Origin: Negativicutes bacterium
Lineage (GTDB): Bacteria > Bacillota > Negativicutes > UBA1444
DNA length: 64,000 nucleotides
Assembly (NCBI GenBank): GCA_963665275.2
Contig: CAXXIN010000018.1
Location: 394,553 to 458,552 of the forward strand
Direction: 5' to 3'
Part shown: one piece after another, positions 19,762 through 28,798 of the stretch
Layout: each line of letters starts with the position of its first letter
Numbering within the stretch: the first letter of the stretch is position 1
Notes under the pieces: model-generated
What the model was told of the DNA's origin: nothing
What the model saw: the letters and a program-made list of their open reading frames with translations, nothing else
Database searches by the model: none
Translations under genes and position numbers: made by a program

Positions 19762-20582
19762 TGGACGATAAGCAAGGATTGAAGTCGAAAGTTCTCTGGT
19801 ATCTGATGGTGTTGTTTTTTATTCTGCCATTCCTGTTTCCGCTGGTTTGGGTGCTGATGGCTTCTTTCAAGACGCAGGCCCAAATTGTTGCAATGCCACC
19901 TGTTTGGTTTTTTACGCCAACGCTGGAGAATTATCAAAAAGTATTTATTGAACAGGATTTTGGCCGCTTCCTTCTCAACAGCTCGATTATTGCCGTCGGG
20001 TCAACCGTTTTATCGCTGGTCATCGGGCTGCCTGCCGCTTATACCATTTCTCGCTATAAACAACGAACTCTGGGAATTTTTATTTTGCTGGCCAGATTAA
20101 TGCCCGGCATATCCTATCTGATTCCCTGGTTTATTTTATTCTCGAAATTGCGCCTTGTTGACACCTATACGTCACTAATTGCCAGTCACATGCTGGTGGG
20201 GATGCCGCTGATCATTTGGATCATGATTAACTATTTTGATGCATTGCCCAGGGAACTTGAAGAAGCAGCGCAAGTTGATGGTTGTACCTTGCAAGGAGCC
20301 TTCTTCCGGGTCGTTTTACCGCTTTCGGGGCCGGGTATTTTGACCGCATCGACACTGGCCTTTCTGTTTTCCTGGAACAATTTTATGTTTGCATTGGTAT
20401 TGAGCGCGGAACATACCAAAACTCTACCAATCGCCATTTACAGCTTTGTTTCTTATGCAGAGGTCAGTTGGGGCAGTGTAATGGCTGCCGCAGTGGTGAT
20501 CATTGCTCCGGCCATTGTGTTGACCATGGTTTTCCAGCGCTATGTCATCAAAGGTCTTACAATGGGCGCAGTTAAAGGATAA
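19761..20582 (+). CDS. Carbohydrate ABC transporter permease (MalG-like)
   Basis: ELEEAAQVDG, FSWNNF, and C-terminal GLTMGAVKG. Confidence 0.9.
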   Translation: MDDKQGLKSKVLWYLMVLFFILPFLFPLVWVLMASFKTQAQIVAMPPVWFFTPTLENYQKVFIEQDFGRFLLNSSIIAVGSTVLSLVIGLPAAYTISRYKQRTLGIFILLARLMPGISYLIPWFILFSKLRLVDTYTSLIASHMLVGMPLIIWIMINYFDALPRELEEAAQVDGCTLQGAFFRVVLPLSGPGILTASTLAFLFSWNNFMFALVLSAEHTKTLPIAIYSFVSYAEVSWGSVMAAAVVIIAPAIVLTMVFQRYVIKGLTMGAVKG

Positions 20583-20605
20583 TTTACGAAAAGCGGGGTA
20601 GCAGT

Positions 20606-21694
20606 ATGGGAAAAGTTGTATTGGAACATATAACCAAGAAATTTGGACAGGTTACAGCGGTCAATGATTTTAACCTTGAAATTAATGATAATGAATTTAT
20701 CGTTATCGTTGGACCGTCCGGTTGCGGAAAATCTACAGTTCTGCGAATGATTGCCGGCTTGGAAACGCAAACTTCCGGCAATATCAACATTGCCGGCGAT
20801 TTGGTAAACGACAAGCCCCCCCGTGACCGAAATATTGCAATGGTATTTCAAAATTACGCCTTGTATCCTCACATGAATGTGTATGAAAACATGGCATTTG
20901 GCCTGTCCCTGCATGGTATGCCCAAAGATCAGATTGATGCCAAAGTGAAAGAAGCCGCGGAAATCTTAAGTATCAATGAATTGCTTCACAGAAAGCCCAA
21001 GGAACTTTCCGGCGGACAGCGGCAACGGGTTGCGCTTGGCCGGGCCATTGTACGTGAACCTGAAGTTTTCCTGATGGATGAACCTCTTTCCAATCTCGAC
21101 GCAAAACTGAGGGTTCAAACACGTGCGGAAATTTCCAAACTGCATGCACGTCTCAACGTAACTACGATTTATGTTACTCACGACCAGATTGAAGCCATGA
21201 CCATGGCTGATCGCATCGTAGTCATCAAAGATGGCGTCATCCAACAAATCGCCGATCCTCAAACATTATATGATTTGCCGGCCAATCAATTCGTGGCCGG
21301 ATTTATTGGGACTCCACCCATGAATTTTTTCCGTTGCCGATTGGTCAAACAGAACGGATCATTACAGCTTGAGGCGAATGGTATTGAGTTGGGAATTTCG
21401 GCTGACTGGCTGAATTCGCTTGAGGCATTCGTGAATCAGGATGTGATTCTGGGAGTGCGTCCTGAAAATGCTGAAATATGTAGTTCCGAGACCGGTAATA
21501 TTAAAGCCATGGTAGATGTTGTCGAACCAATGGGGTCAGAAACCTATCTGCATTTGAACATTGGCGGACAAAAAGCAATCATTCGGGTAGCTGCTGACTG
21601 CAGACCCATGATTGGCAGTACTGTCGGATTGAATGCTAATCTGGAGCGTATTCACTTGTTCAGACCGGATACGGGAGAATGCTTAAAGAAATAA
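20606..21694 (+). CDS. Carbohydrate ABC transporter ATPase (MalK/MsmX/UgpC-like)
   Basis: GPSGCGKST, VFQNYALYPH, LSGGQRQR and DEPLSNLD. Confidence 0.93.
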   Translation: MGKVVLEHITKKFGQVTAVNDFNLEINDNEFIVIVGPSGCGKSTVLRMIAGLETQTSGNINIAGDLVNDKPPRDRNIAMVFQNYALYPHMNVYENMAFGLSLHGMPKDQIDAKVKEAAEILSINELLHRKPKELSGGQRQRVALGRAIVREPEVFLMDEPLSNLDAKLRVQTRAEISKLHARLNVTTIYVTHDQIEAMTMADRIVVIKDGVIQQIADPQTLYDLPANQFVAGFIGTPPMNFFRCRLVKQNGSLQLEANGIELGISADWLNSLEAFVNQDVILGVRPENAEICSSETGNIKAMVDVVEPMGSETYLHLNIGGQKAIIRVAADCRPMIGSTVGLNANLERIHLFRPDTGECLKK

Positions 21695-21712
21695 TTTAAA
21701 AATTTTCTGCGT

Positions 21713-21745
21713 TAAGCCTCGGCAAAAACCGAGGCTTATTTATTA
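21713..21745 (+). terminator. Terminator of the sugar operon
   Basis: TAAGCCTCGG-caaaaa-CCGAGGCTTA followed by TTTATT. Confidence 0.65.
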
Positions 21746-22446
21746 TATATAGAAAACCCCACGTTAGACGTGGGGTTCCAAAAAGCTTACAGCTATAGGG
21801 AAGTCGGAAAAGCTCCTTTTGATAGAATGAGTTGCGGTCTGCCAACTGCAACGAAGATATCAAAAGGAGGTCATTCAGGGAATGAACGACACCCACAGTC
21901 TATCACATACAAAATGGAACTGTAAATATCACGTGGTCTTTGCACCTAAGTTTCGACGGAAGGTATTTTATGAGGGAAAACGGCTGGAAGTCGGGGCCAT
22001 ACTGCGGGAACTATGCAAGTGGAAAGGGATAAACATAATTGAAGCTGAAGTATGCCCGGACCATGTGCACATGCTATTGGAAATACCCCCGAAAATAAGT
22101 GTATCGAGTTTTATGGGATTTCTCAAAGGGAAAAGCAGCTTGATGATCTATGAGAAATGGGGAAACCTGAAGTATAAATACCGGAATAGAGAATTCTGGT
22201 GCAGAGGGTATTATGTAGATACAGCCGGTAAGGATGCGAAAAAGGTCAAGGAATATATTCAGCATCAGCTTGACGAAGATCGGGCAGGCGAACAACTAAC
22301 CCTCAACATGGAAGACCCGTTTACGGGTAGTAAGTAACAGCTTCATCGCAAGTGGCAGACCGTGAGTACGCTCTTTAAGCGTGGCTAGTAGACTAGGGCT
22401 ACGCCCGTTAAAGAAATACCCCCGGCTACGCCGGGGGATCATTATT
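21745..22446 (+). mobile_element. IS200/IS605-family element, TnpA only (ends approximate)
   Basis: Subterminal hairpins AACCCCACGT-tag-ACGTGGGGTT (21755-21777) and CCCCCGGC-tac-GCCGGGGG (22419-22437) flank a Y1 transposase; no TIRs and no tnpB. Confidence 0.85.
21882..22337 (+). CDS. tnpA: IS200/IS605 Y1 HUH transposase
   Basis: CKYHVVFAPKFRR, HUH motif DHVHML, KGKSS, FWCRGYYV and catalytic Tyr in YIQHQ. Confidence 0.95.
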   Translation: MNDTHSLSHTKWNCKYHVVFAPKFRRKVFYEGKRLEVGAILRELCKWKGINIIEAEVCPDHVHMLLEIPPKISVSSFMGFLKGKSSLMIYEKWGNLKYKYRNREFWCRGYYVDTAGKDAKKVKEYIQHQLDEDRAGEQLTLNMEDPFTGSK

Positions 22447-22472
22447 TTTTTTGTGAAGATTTATAAATAGCA

Positions 22473-22501
22473 TTGACAAAGGTATTGATGCCTGGGATAA
22501 T
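22473..22501 (+). promoter_or_regulatory. SigA promoter for the T-box/liv operon
   Basis: TTGACA-N17-GATAAT. Confidence 0.6.
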
Positions 22502-22599
22502 GTATACAATCTTACAATTAACAACGATAAGGTTATAAAATTACTTACAATTGTAAAGTTTGTTCTGCTGAGAGAGAGTTATCTAATTTTATATTGCTT

Positions 22600-22847
22600 A
22601 CAGTGATGATTGGGACAAACTTATGATAATTCGTTTCAGAGAGCCGGTGGTTGCTGCGAACCGGTACGAAGCCATGAGGAACATCACCCATGAACTCTTC
22701 GATTGAAACTGCATGAGCAGGATAGGTCGAAGCGGAACCGGTCGTTAACCGGAAGCCGGCAATGCCGGTGTATTGAGTAAAAAGTAGGGTGGTACCGCGT
22801 TGATTCGCCCCTATCGACATGAATCGTATATGTCGATAGGGGTTTTT
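22600..22847 (+). ncRNA. T-box riboswitch, predicted Ile (AUC) specifier
   Basis: AGAGA box and GCTG distal loop (22638-22665); GAA-C-ATC-A specifier (22683-22685); T-box AGGGTGGTACCGCG (22786-22799); terminator CCCTATCGACAT-N9-ATGTCGATAGGG-GTTTTT. Confidence 0.93.
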
Positions 22848-22928
22848 GTATACTGCGAATCAACCGATTCACATAGAGGCTCATCCACGAACGAGCAAAA
22901 GAAATAAACTAAAAGGCGGGGGAGTAAG

Positions 22929-24086
22929 ATGATCAGCTCTACAAAAAAGTTGACAGTGGGTCTTGTGGTTTCCATGATGGCACTTGGGCTGGTAGGCTGT
23001 GGCAGCGACAGCAAACAGGCAACCCCCGGCAGTGCTCCGGCCAATGCCGCGAGCGCAAAAATCGGTGTCGTTGCTTATCTTAGCGGCGGTGGAGCCGCTT
23101 ATGGCGAGGCCATACGACAGGGTCTGGAGTTGGCTAGGGATGAAATCAATGCTCAGGGAAAAACGAAAATTGAACTCGTGTTTGAAGATTCCAAAGGAGA
23201 AAAAAATGAGGCCATTAATGCTGCCAACAAACTGATTCATAAAGATAATGTGGTAGCAATCATCGGACCGACCCTAAGCGGCGAAATGTTTGCTGTTGGG
23301 CCGATTATGAATCAGGCTGGAGTTCCTGTAATGGGAACCTCGACTACGGCTGAAGGCATCACTGAAATTGGTGAGTTTGTGTTCCGCAATGCGCTGCCGG
23401 AATCACTTGCCATACCTTATGCGGTGAAAAAAGCCAAAGAGAAATACAGTTTGAAGAAAGTCGCCGTGATGTATTCGAATAATAATGATTGGGCGGTTTC
23501 CGGCTTCAAAACTTTCGAGAAAAGTTTAAAAGAAAATGGCATCGAAACTATCGCGATTGAAACTTTTGCTGACAAAGACACTGATTTTGCGGCTCAGCTG
23601 ACAAAAATCGCCACAATGAAACCAGACGCCATCATGGTAGCGTCTTTGTATCAAGAAGCAGCGCTGATTCTTAAAAAAGCCCGTGAATTAGGAATCAACG
23701 TACCAATTGTTGGCAATAACGGCTTCAATTCGCCCCAGCTCATCAAATCTGCCGGCAAAGCGGCAGATGGATCAATTATGGCGAGCCCTTGGTTTCCCGG
23801 CAAAGAAGACGCTAATGTGAAAAAGTTCGTTGCGAATTACAAGGCAAAATTCAACAAAGAGCCGGACCAGTTTGCTGCGCAAGCTTATGATGCATTGAAA
23901 ATTATGGCTTCGGCGTTGGAAAAATCGGGGTCAAATACTGACCGTAAGAAATTACGTGACAGCCTGGCGACGATCAAAGATTTCCCAGGTGTAACTGGAA
24001 AGTTCGCCTTCGATGCCAAGAGAAATCCTGCGATGGAAGTGACTGTTTTGATTGTCAAGGATGGACAGTTCGTCGAACTCAAGTAA
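22929..24086 (+). CDS. livK: Branched-chain amino acid ABC transporter binding lipoprotein
   Basis: Lipobox LVG-C; type I PBP (FEDSKG, IIGPTLS, AQAYDA); downstream of a T-box. Confidence 0.88.
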   Translation: MISSTKKLTVGLVVSMMALGLVGCGSDSKQATPGSAPANAASAKIGVVAYLSGGGAAYGEAIRQGLELARDEINAQGKTKIELVFEDSKGEKNEAINAANKLIHKDNVVAIIGPTLSGEMFAVGPIMNQAGVPVMGTSTTAEGITEIGEFVFRNALPESLAIPYAVKKAKEKYSLKKVAVMYSNNNDWAVSGFKTFEKSLKENGIETIAIETFADKDTDFAAQLTKIATMKPDAIMVASLYQEAALILKKARELGINVPIVGNNGFNSPQLIKSAGKAADGSIMASPWFPGKEDANVKKFVANYKAKFNKEPDQFAAQAYDALKIMASALEKSGSNTDRKKLRDSLATIKDFPGVTGKFAFDAKRNPAMEVTVLIVKDGQFVELK

Positions 24087-24118
24087 GTGTTCAAATTTTC
24101 CACATATACGACAGGGAG

Positions 24119-25009
24119 GTGATGGGAGTGTTTTGGCAACAGTTGGTTAACGGTGTTACTCTGGGTAGCACCTATGCATTGATCGCCTTGGGATACACCT
24201 TGATTTTCGGGGTGCTCAACATAGTCAATATGGCTCATGGAGAAATATTTATGTTTGGCGCCTTTGTCGGTTTGGTATTGGCGACAAAGTTCAACCTCAA
24301 TATTTTTTTTGCCATGGCAGGCGCCATGATGGCAGGCGCCTTAATCGGTTATCTAATGGAAAGATTGGCGCTGAGGCCATTGCGCCGCAGGTCTTCCTCC
24401 CATCTGGCTCCACTGATCAGCACTATCGGGGTGGCCATTTTTCTGGAAAGTCTGGCTCTCAGGATCTTTGGCCCACAGGCCCAATCCTTTCCGGCATTTT
24501 TCCCCGGGGGATTGCTGGATTTTGGATTTTTTAAAATATCATTAGTTCAAATTATGATCCTGGGTATTTCTTTGAGCCTGATGCTGGTGCTGCGGTTTGG
24601 GTTGGCCCGAACGCGCCTGGGAAAATCGATTCGGACCACGGCGGAAAATATCGATACGGCAGGTTTGCTCGGCATTAATACTGGAAAAATCATTGTGTTT
24701 ACCGTCATGCTGGCGTCCGGTCTTGGCGCCGTAGCCGGGGTGTTGGTAGGGATGGCGTTCAACGCAGTGGAACCTACCATGGGCGTCACGATGGGCTTTA
24801 AAGGGCTGGCTGTTCTGATTCTCGGTGGATTGGGAAATATAACCGGCGCCATGGTGGGCGGTTTGATCCTGGGGATCGCCGAGGTTTTCACAGTAGCCTA
24901 CGGTGCCTCTTCCTATCGAGATGCAGTGGCATTCGGGCTTATTATTTTCTTGCTCTTCCTTCGTCCCCAGGGACTCTTCGGTGCTCAAAATCCACAGGGA
25001 GGGCGGTAG
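24119..25009 (+). CDS. livH: BCAA ABC permease LivH
   Basis: NGVTLGSTYALIALGYTLIFG, NMAHGE and RPQGLFG. Confidence 0.92.
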   Translation: MMGVFWQQLVNGVTLGSTYALIALGYTLIFGVLNIVNMAHGEIFMFGAFVGLVLATKFNLNIFFAMAGAMMAGALIGYLMERLALRPLRRRSSSHLAPLISTIGVAIFLESLALRIFGPQAQSFPAFFPGGLLDFGFFKISLVQIMILGISLSLMLVLRFGLARTRLGKSIRTTAENIDTAGLLGINTGKIIVFTVMLASGLGAVAGVLVGMAFNAVEPTMGVTMGFKGLAVLILGGLGNITGAMVGGLILGIAEVFTVAYGASSYRDAVAFGLIIFLLFLRPQGLFGAQNPQGGR

Positions 25010-25012
25010 ACG

Positions 25013-25990
25013 ATGGAATTTCTGCTAAACCCATATTATCAACAGATCGCCATGTTTATCATTATCAATGCGATTCTGGGTATCAGTATTTACCTGACGT
25101 TGTCAACCGGTCAATTGTCACTTGGGAATGCCGGTTTTATGAGCATTGGCGCCTATACGTCAGCGTTGTTGACGATCAAGGCCGGGTTGCCGATTTATCT
25201 TTCGATTCCGGTTGGTGGCATTGCAGCCTGTCTGATCGCAATCATCATTGGTATTCCCACAACACGGTTGCAGGGGATTTATTTGGCCATTGCGACCTTG
25301 GGTTTTGGCGAGGTTGTACGAGTTATCATCCTTAATTTGAAAATTACCAATGGAGCCTTGGGCTTATCAGGCATTCCCTCCATCAGTGTAACTTTGGGAA
25401 AAACCTATTCTATGCTGGGATGGAGCGACGGGATTTTTGGACTCAACCTTCAGCAACTTGGTAATTTTTCGGTTATTCTCATTCTCTTGGCGGTGTTGGC
25501 ATTCTTAACGTTCTTTACAATTCGACTCAACAATTCACGAATTGGCAGGGCCTTTGCTGCTATTAAAGCGGATGATCATGCAGCGGAAGTTTCTGGAATC
25601 AACACTACCGCCTACAAGCTGCTGGCCTTTTTCCTTGGCGCTTTCGTTGCCGGTATCGCAGGCGGCTTGGCAGCTCATATCACGTTTTACATAGGGCCGA
25701 AAGACTTCGCGTATCATCGGGCAGTTGAAATTTTGCTGTTTGCCGTGTTAGGTGGAAGTAATGTTGTGTGGGGACCGTTGCTCGGTTCTGTCATTTTAAC
25801 GTCACTGCCCGAGTTTCTTCGTTCAGCCGCTGTTTATCGTGAAATGATCTACGGCGCAATTTTGGTGACCATGATGATTTTCCGGCCCCAGGGGCTATTG
25901 AGTGAAGAGACCTTACGTTTCTGGAAAGCCAGGCTTTCATGGAAGCAACCCGTAGGAAGGCTGGATGAGGCACGGAGGACAACCGGATGA
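25013..25990 (+). CDS. livM: BCAA ABC permease LivM
   Basis: GQLSLGNAGFMSIGAY, YLAIATLGFGE and FRPQGL. Confidence 0.92.
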   Translation: MEFLLNPYYQQIAMFIIINAILGISIYLTLSTGQLSLGNAGFMSIGAYTSALLTIKAGLPIYLSIPVGGIAACLIAIIIGIPTTRLQGIYLAIATLGFGEVVRVIILNLKITNGALGLSGIPSISVTLGKTYSMLGWSDGIFGLNLQQLGNFSVILILLAVLAFLTFFTIRLNNSRIGRAFAAIKADDHAAEVSGINTTAYKLLAFFLGAFVAGIAGGLAAHITFYIGPKDFAYHRAVEILLFAVLGGSNVVWGPLLGSVILTSLPEFLRSAAVYREMIYGAILVTMMIFRPQGLLSEETLRFWKARLSWKQPVGRLDEARRTTG

Positions 25991-26748
25991 TTTTGTCAAT
26001 TGAGCATATCAGCAAAAATTTTGGTGGAGTAGCAGCCTTATCGGAAGTCAGTTTCGGCGTTCGAGCAGGCGAAATTGTGGGGGTGATCGGCCCTAATGGC
26101 GCAGGAAAAACCACTCTTTTCAATTTGATCACCGGCGTTTTTTCTCCGACCTCCGGTGCGATTTCTTTTCGCGGTAAACCGATCATCGGTTTGCGGCCTC
26201 ATAAGGTTACGAAAATGGGCATATCCCGCACTTTTCAGAATATCAGATTGTTCGGGCATATGACTGCGCTGGAAAATGTAATGGTTGGATCGCATTGTCG
26301 CACTCACGCAGGCCTGTGGCAAGGGTTATGGCGGACAAGTATCCAGCGCGGAGAAGAAAAAGCGATTCGGGAAAAATCGGAAAGTTTGCTCCGATTGGTA
26401 GGTATTGCAGAGGATCAGGACACCCCGGCTGGATCACTTCCTTATGGCAAACAACGTCGCCTGGAAATCGCGCGGGCGATGGGCGCCGACCCATCCCTGC
26501 TGTTGCTCGATGAACCAACAGCAGGGATGAATGAAAGCGAAACAGAGGAATTGCGTCTGTTGATCCAAAAAATACAGGCGTTGGGGAAAACTGTAGTTCT
26601 GATCGAACATGATATGCATTTGGTGATGAATGTGTGCGAACGTCTGGTAATCCTGAATTTCGGTAAAAAAATCGCGGAAGGGATTCCGGAAGAAATTCGC
26701 GAAAACAAGGATGTTATTGAAGCCTACCTGGGAAAGGAGGAAGACTGA
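25987..26748 (+). CDS. livG: BCAA ABC ATPase LivG
   Basis: GPNGAGKTT, RTFQNIRLF, LPYGKQRRLEIA and IEHDM. Confidence 0.93.
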   Translation: MILSIEHISKNFGGVAALSEVSFGVRAGEIVGVIGPNGAGKTTLFNLITGVFSPTSGAISFRGKPIIGLRPHKVTKMGISRTFQNIRLFGHMTALENVMVGSHCRTHAGLWQGLWRTSIQRGEEKAIREKSESLLRLVGIAEDQDTPAGSLPYGKQRRLEIARAMGADPSLLLLDEPTAGMNESETEELRLLIQKIQALGKTVVLIEHDMHLVMNVCERLVILNFGKKIAEGIPEEIRENKDVIEAYLGKEED

Positions 26749-26750
26749 AG

Positions 26751-27464
26751 ATGCTGGTTCTGCGGGATGTTGTCGCCGGGTATGGTAATATAAAAGCATT
26801 GAAATCTGTCGACCTATCCGTTCCAGAGGGGGCGGTCGTTTCGTTGATCGGAGCGAATGGGGCCGGTAAAACAACTACGATGAAGGCGATAATGGGATTA
26901 ATCAAACCTGATTCAGGCGATATACTGTTTCAAGGGAAATCTCTCAAAGGAATTCCAGTATATGACGTAGTGAGGCTGGGGATTTCACTGGTGCCGGAAG
27001 GGCGCAATATACTTGCCGGAATGACGGTTCTGGAAAATCTGGAAATGGGAGCGTATCAGCGCAACGATACAGAAATTGGGCAGGACATCGAAAAAGTATT
27101 CCGACGCTTTCCGATCCTTGAGGAACGAAAAGCCCAGCTCGGCGGAACTCTTTCCGGCGGACAGCAGCAGATGCTAGCAATTGGAAGGGCCTTGATGTCT
27201 CGACCCAAATTGTTGCTCCTTGACGAACCTTCCATGGGGCTGGCGCCGTTGGTGGTTGCTGATATATTTCGGGTGATTCAGGAAATCAGTCAGTCTGGCA
27301 CTACCATTCTGCTGGTGGAGCAGAATGTCAGGCAAGCGCTCAAGATTGCAGATTACGCCTACGTGATGGAGACTGGCAAGATCGTGCTGCACGGAAAAGC
27401 TTCGGATATCATCCATAATCCTCGAGTGATGGAAGCGTATCTGGGAGGAGGAAGCCACGTATAA
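26751..27464 (+). CDS. livF: BCAA ABC ATPase LivF
   Basis: GANGAGKTT, VPEGR, LSGGQQQM and DEPSMGLAP. Confidence 0.93.
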   Translation: MLVLRDVVAGYGNIKALKSVDLSVPEGAVVSLIGANGAGKTTTMKAIMGLIKPDSGDILFQGKSLKGIPVYDVVRLGISLVPEGRNILAGMTVLENLEMGAYQRNDTEIGQDIEKVFRRFPILEERKAQLGGTLSGGQQQMLAIGRALMSRPKLLLLDEPSMGLAPLVVADIFRVIQEISQSGTTILLVEQNVRQALKIADYAYVMETGKIVLHGKASDIIHNPRVMEAYLGGGSHV

Positions 27465-27497
27465 GAAATATAGCATATAAAGTATTTAATGCCGTTC

Positions 27498-27524
27498 GCC
27501 TTGTTCGCAAGGCTGCTTTTTTTT
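27498..27524 (+). terminator. Rho-independent terminator of the liv operon
   Basis: GCCTTG-TTCG-CAAGGC then tgc and an 8-T run. Confidence 0.75.
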
Positions 27525-27920
27525 GCGTGGGGAATTACCAAATCAAGTGCAATAGGCATCTGCAAAAGCTTTAGCCTGACTTTTCCATTCGGATGCGCAA
27601 AGAATATTTTTGTATCCAGATTGGCCTCCATATCCTTGAACGTGGTGAATATCTTGCCATTATTTATTTTATATTGCATGGTGCAAAAAAGAAGTAGCAC
27701 GGCCACTATGGTAAAATGGTGGTAACTCATTTAACGGATCGCTTGCGATGAGTTTCTGGTTTACTATCAGTGTTGTACTTGGATTATTCATCTGCCTATG
27801 GTAAAAGATTAACTAGCGACAAGTGTGTAAGTGGATCATTTCATGTGTTTTTATTTTAACCCCGTTGTTTTGTGTAAGCGAAACAGAAATATTATATTAG
27901 TTAGAGGAGAGGGTATTTCT

Positions 27921-28757
27921 ATGTCAAAGAAAAAAATCACAATTCCAGAATGTAAGGCCATCAAAGGTACGGAAAAAAAATTCACACTGATTACAGCGTA
28001 CGATGTTTTGATGGCTTCCGTGATTGACAAGACCCCTGTAGAGATGATTCTTGTCGGCGATTCACTGGGAATGACAGTGCTTGGATATGATAGCACAGTA
28101 CCTGTCACAATGGACGATATTATCCATCATTGCAAACCGGTAGTAAAAGGAGCTCCCAATACGTTCATTGTTGGCGATATGCCTTTCGGTTCATATAATA
28201 CCGGAATTGAGGATGCTGCTCGCAACGCTAACCGCATCATGAAAGAAGGCGGTTGCGATGCAGTTAAGCTTGAAGGAGGCAAAAATGTTGCGCATATTGT
28301 AGAATTCCTAGTTAATGGAGGAATTCCGGTAATGGGACACATTGGCTTAACGCCCCAGACAGCAGGCCAATTGGGAGGATTTAAAGTTCAGGGCAAAGAT
28401 GCGGAGTCTGCGAAACGATTGATCGAAGATGCCAAAGCGATTGAGAAAGCGGGGGCTTTCGCGATCGTACTCGAATGCATACCTACTCCGGTAGGTAAAT
28501 TGATTACTGAAGAACTTACTATACCAACAATGGGGATAGGCGCTGGTCTGTATTGTGATGCGCAGGTCTTGGTTACTCAGGATTTATTAGGGATGTTCGA
28601 CCGATTTGTACCTAAATTTGTTAAACAATACGCCAAAATGAATCAGCAAATGATTGATGCGATAAATTGCTTTTATCAAGAAACTCAGGATGGAAGCTTC
28701 CCCAGTCCGGAGTATTCTTTTGGCATGAAAGAAGAAGATTTAAAGAAACTATATTAG
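27921..28757 (+). CDS. panB: 3-methyl-2-oxobutanoate hydroxymethyltransferase
   Basis: TAYD, LVGDSLGM, DMPFGSY, VKLEGG, GHIGLTPQ and PKFVKQY; ATG 27921 follows GGAGAGGG. Confidence 0.95.
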   Translation: MSKKKITIPECKAIKGTEKKFTLITAYDVLMASVIDKTPVEMILVGDSLGMTVLGYDSTVPVTMDDIIHHCKPVVKGAPNTFIVGDMPFGSYNTGIEDAARNANRIMKEGGCDAVKLEGGKNVAHIVEFLVNGGIPVMGHIGLTPQTAGQLGGFKVQGKDAESAKRLIEDAKAIEKAGAFAIVLECIPTPVGKLITEELTIPTMGIGAGLYCDAQVLVTQDLLGMFDRFVPKFVKQYAKMNQQMIDAINCFYQETQDGSFPSPEYSFGMKEEDLKKLY

Positions 28758-28798
28758 AATTATTATTCTCTGAGGAAATATGAAGGGAGCAATTTCAA

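Noticed and set aside
22338-22446. TnpB/omegaRNA (OMEGA) system at the IS right end
   Set aside because: There is no tnpB or iscB ORF, and the stretch is short and explained by the IS right end.
27359-27730. Small ORFs between livF and panB
   Set aside because: They overlap the terminator and AT-rich promoter region, with no RBS or recognisable protein features.
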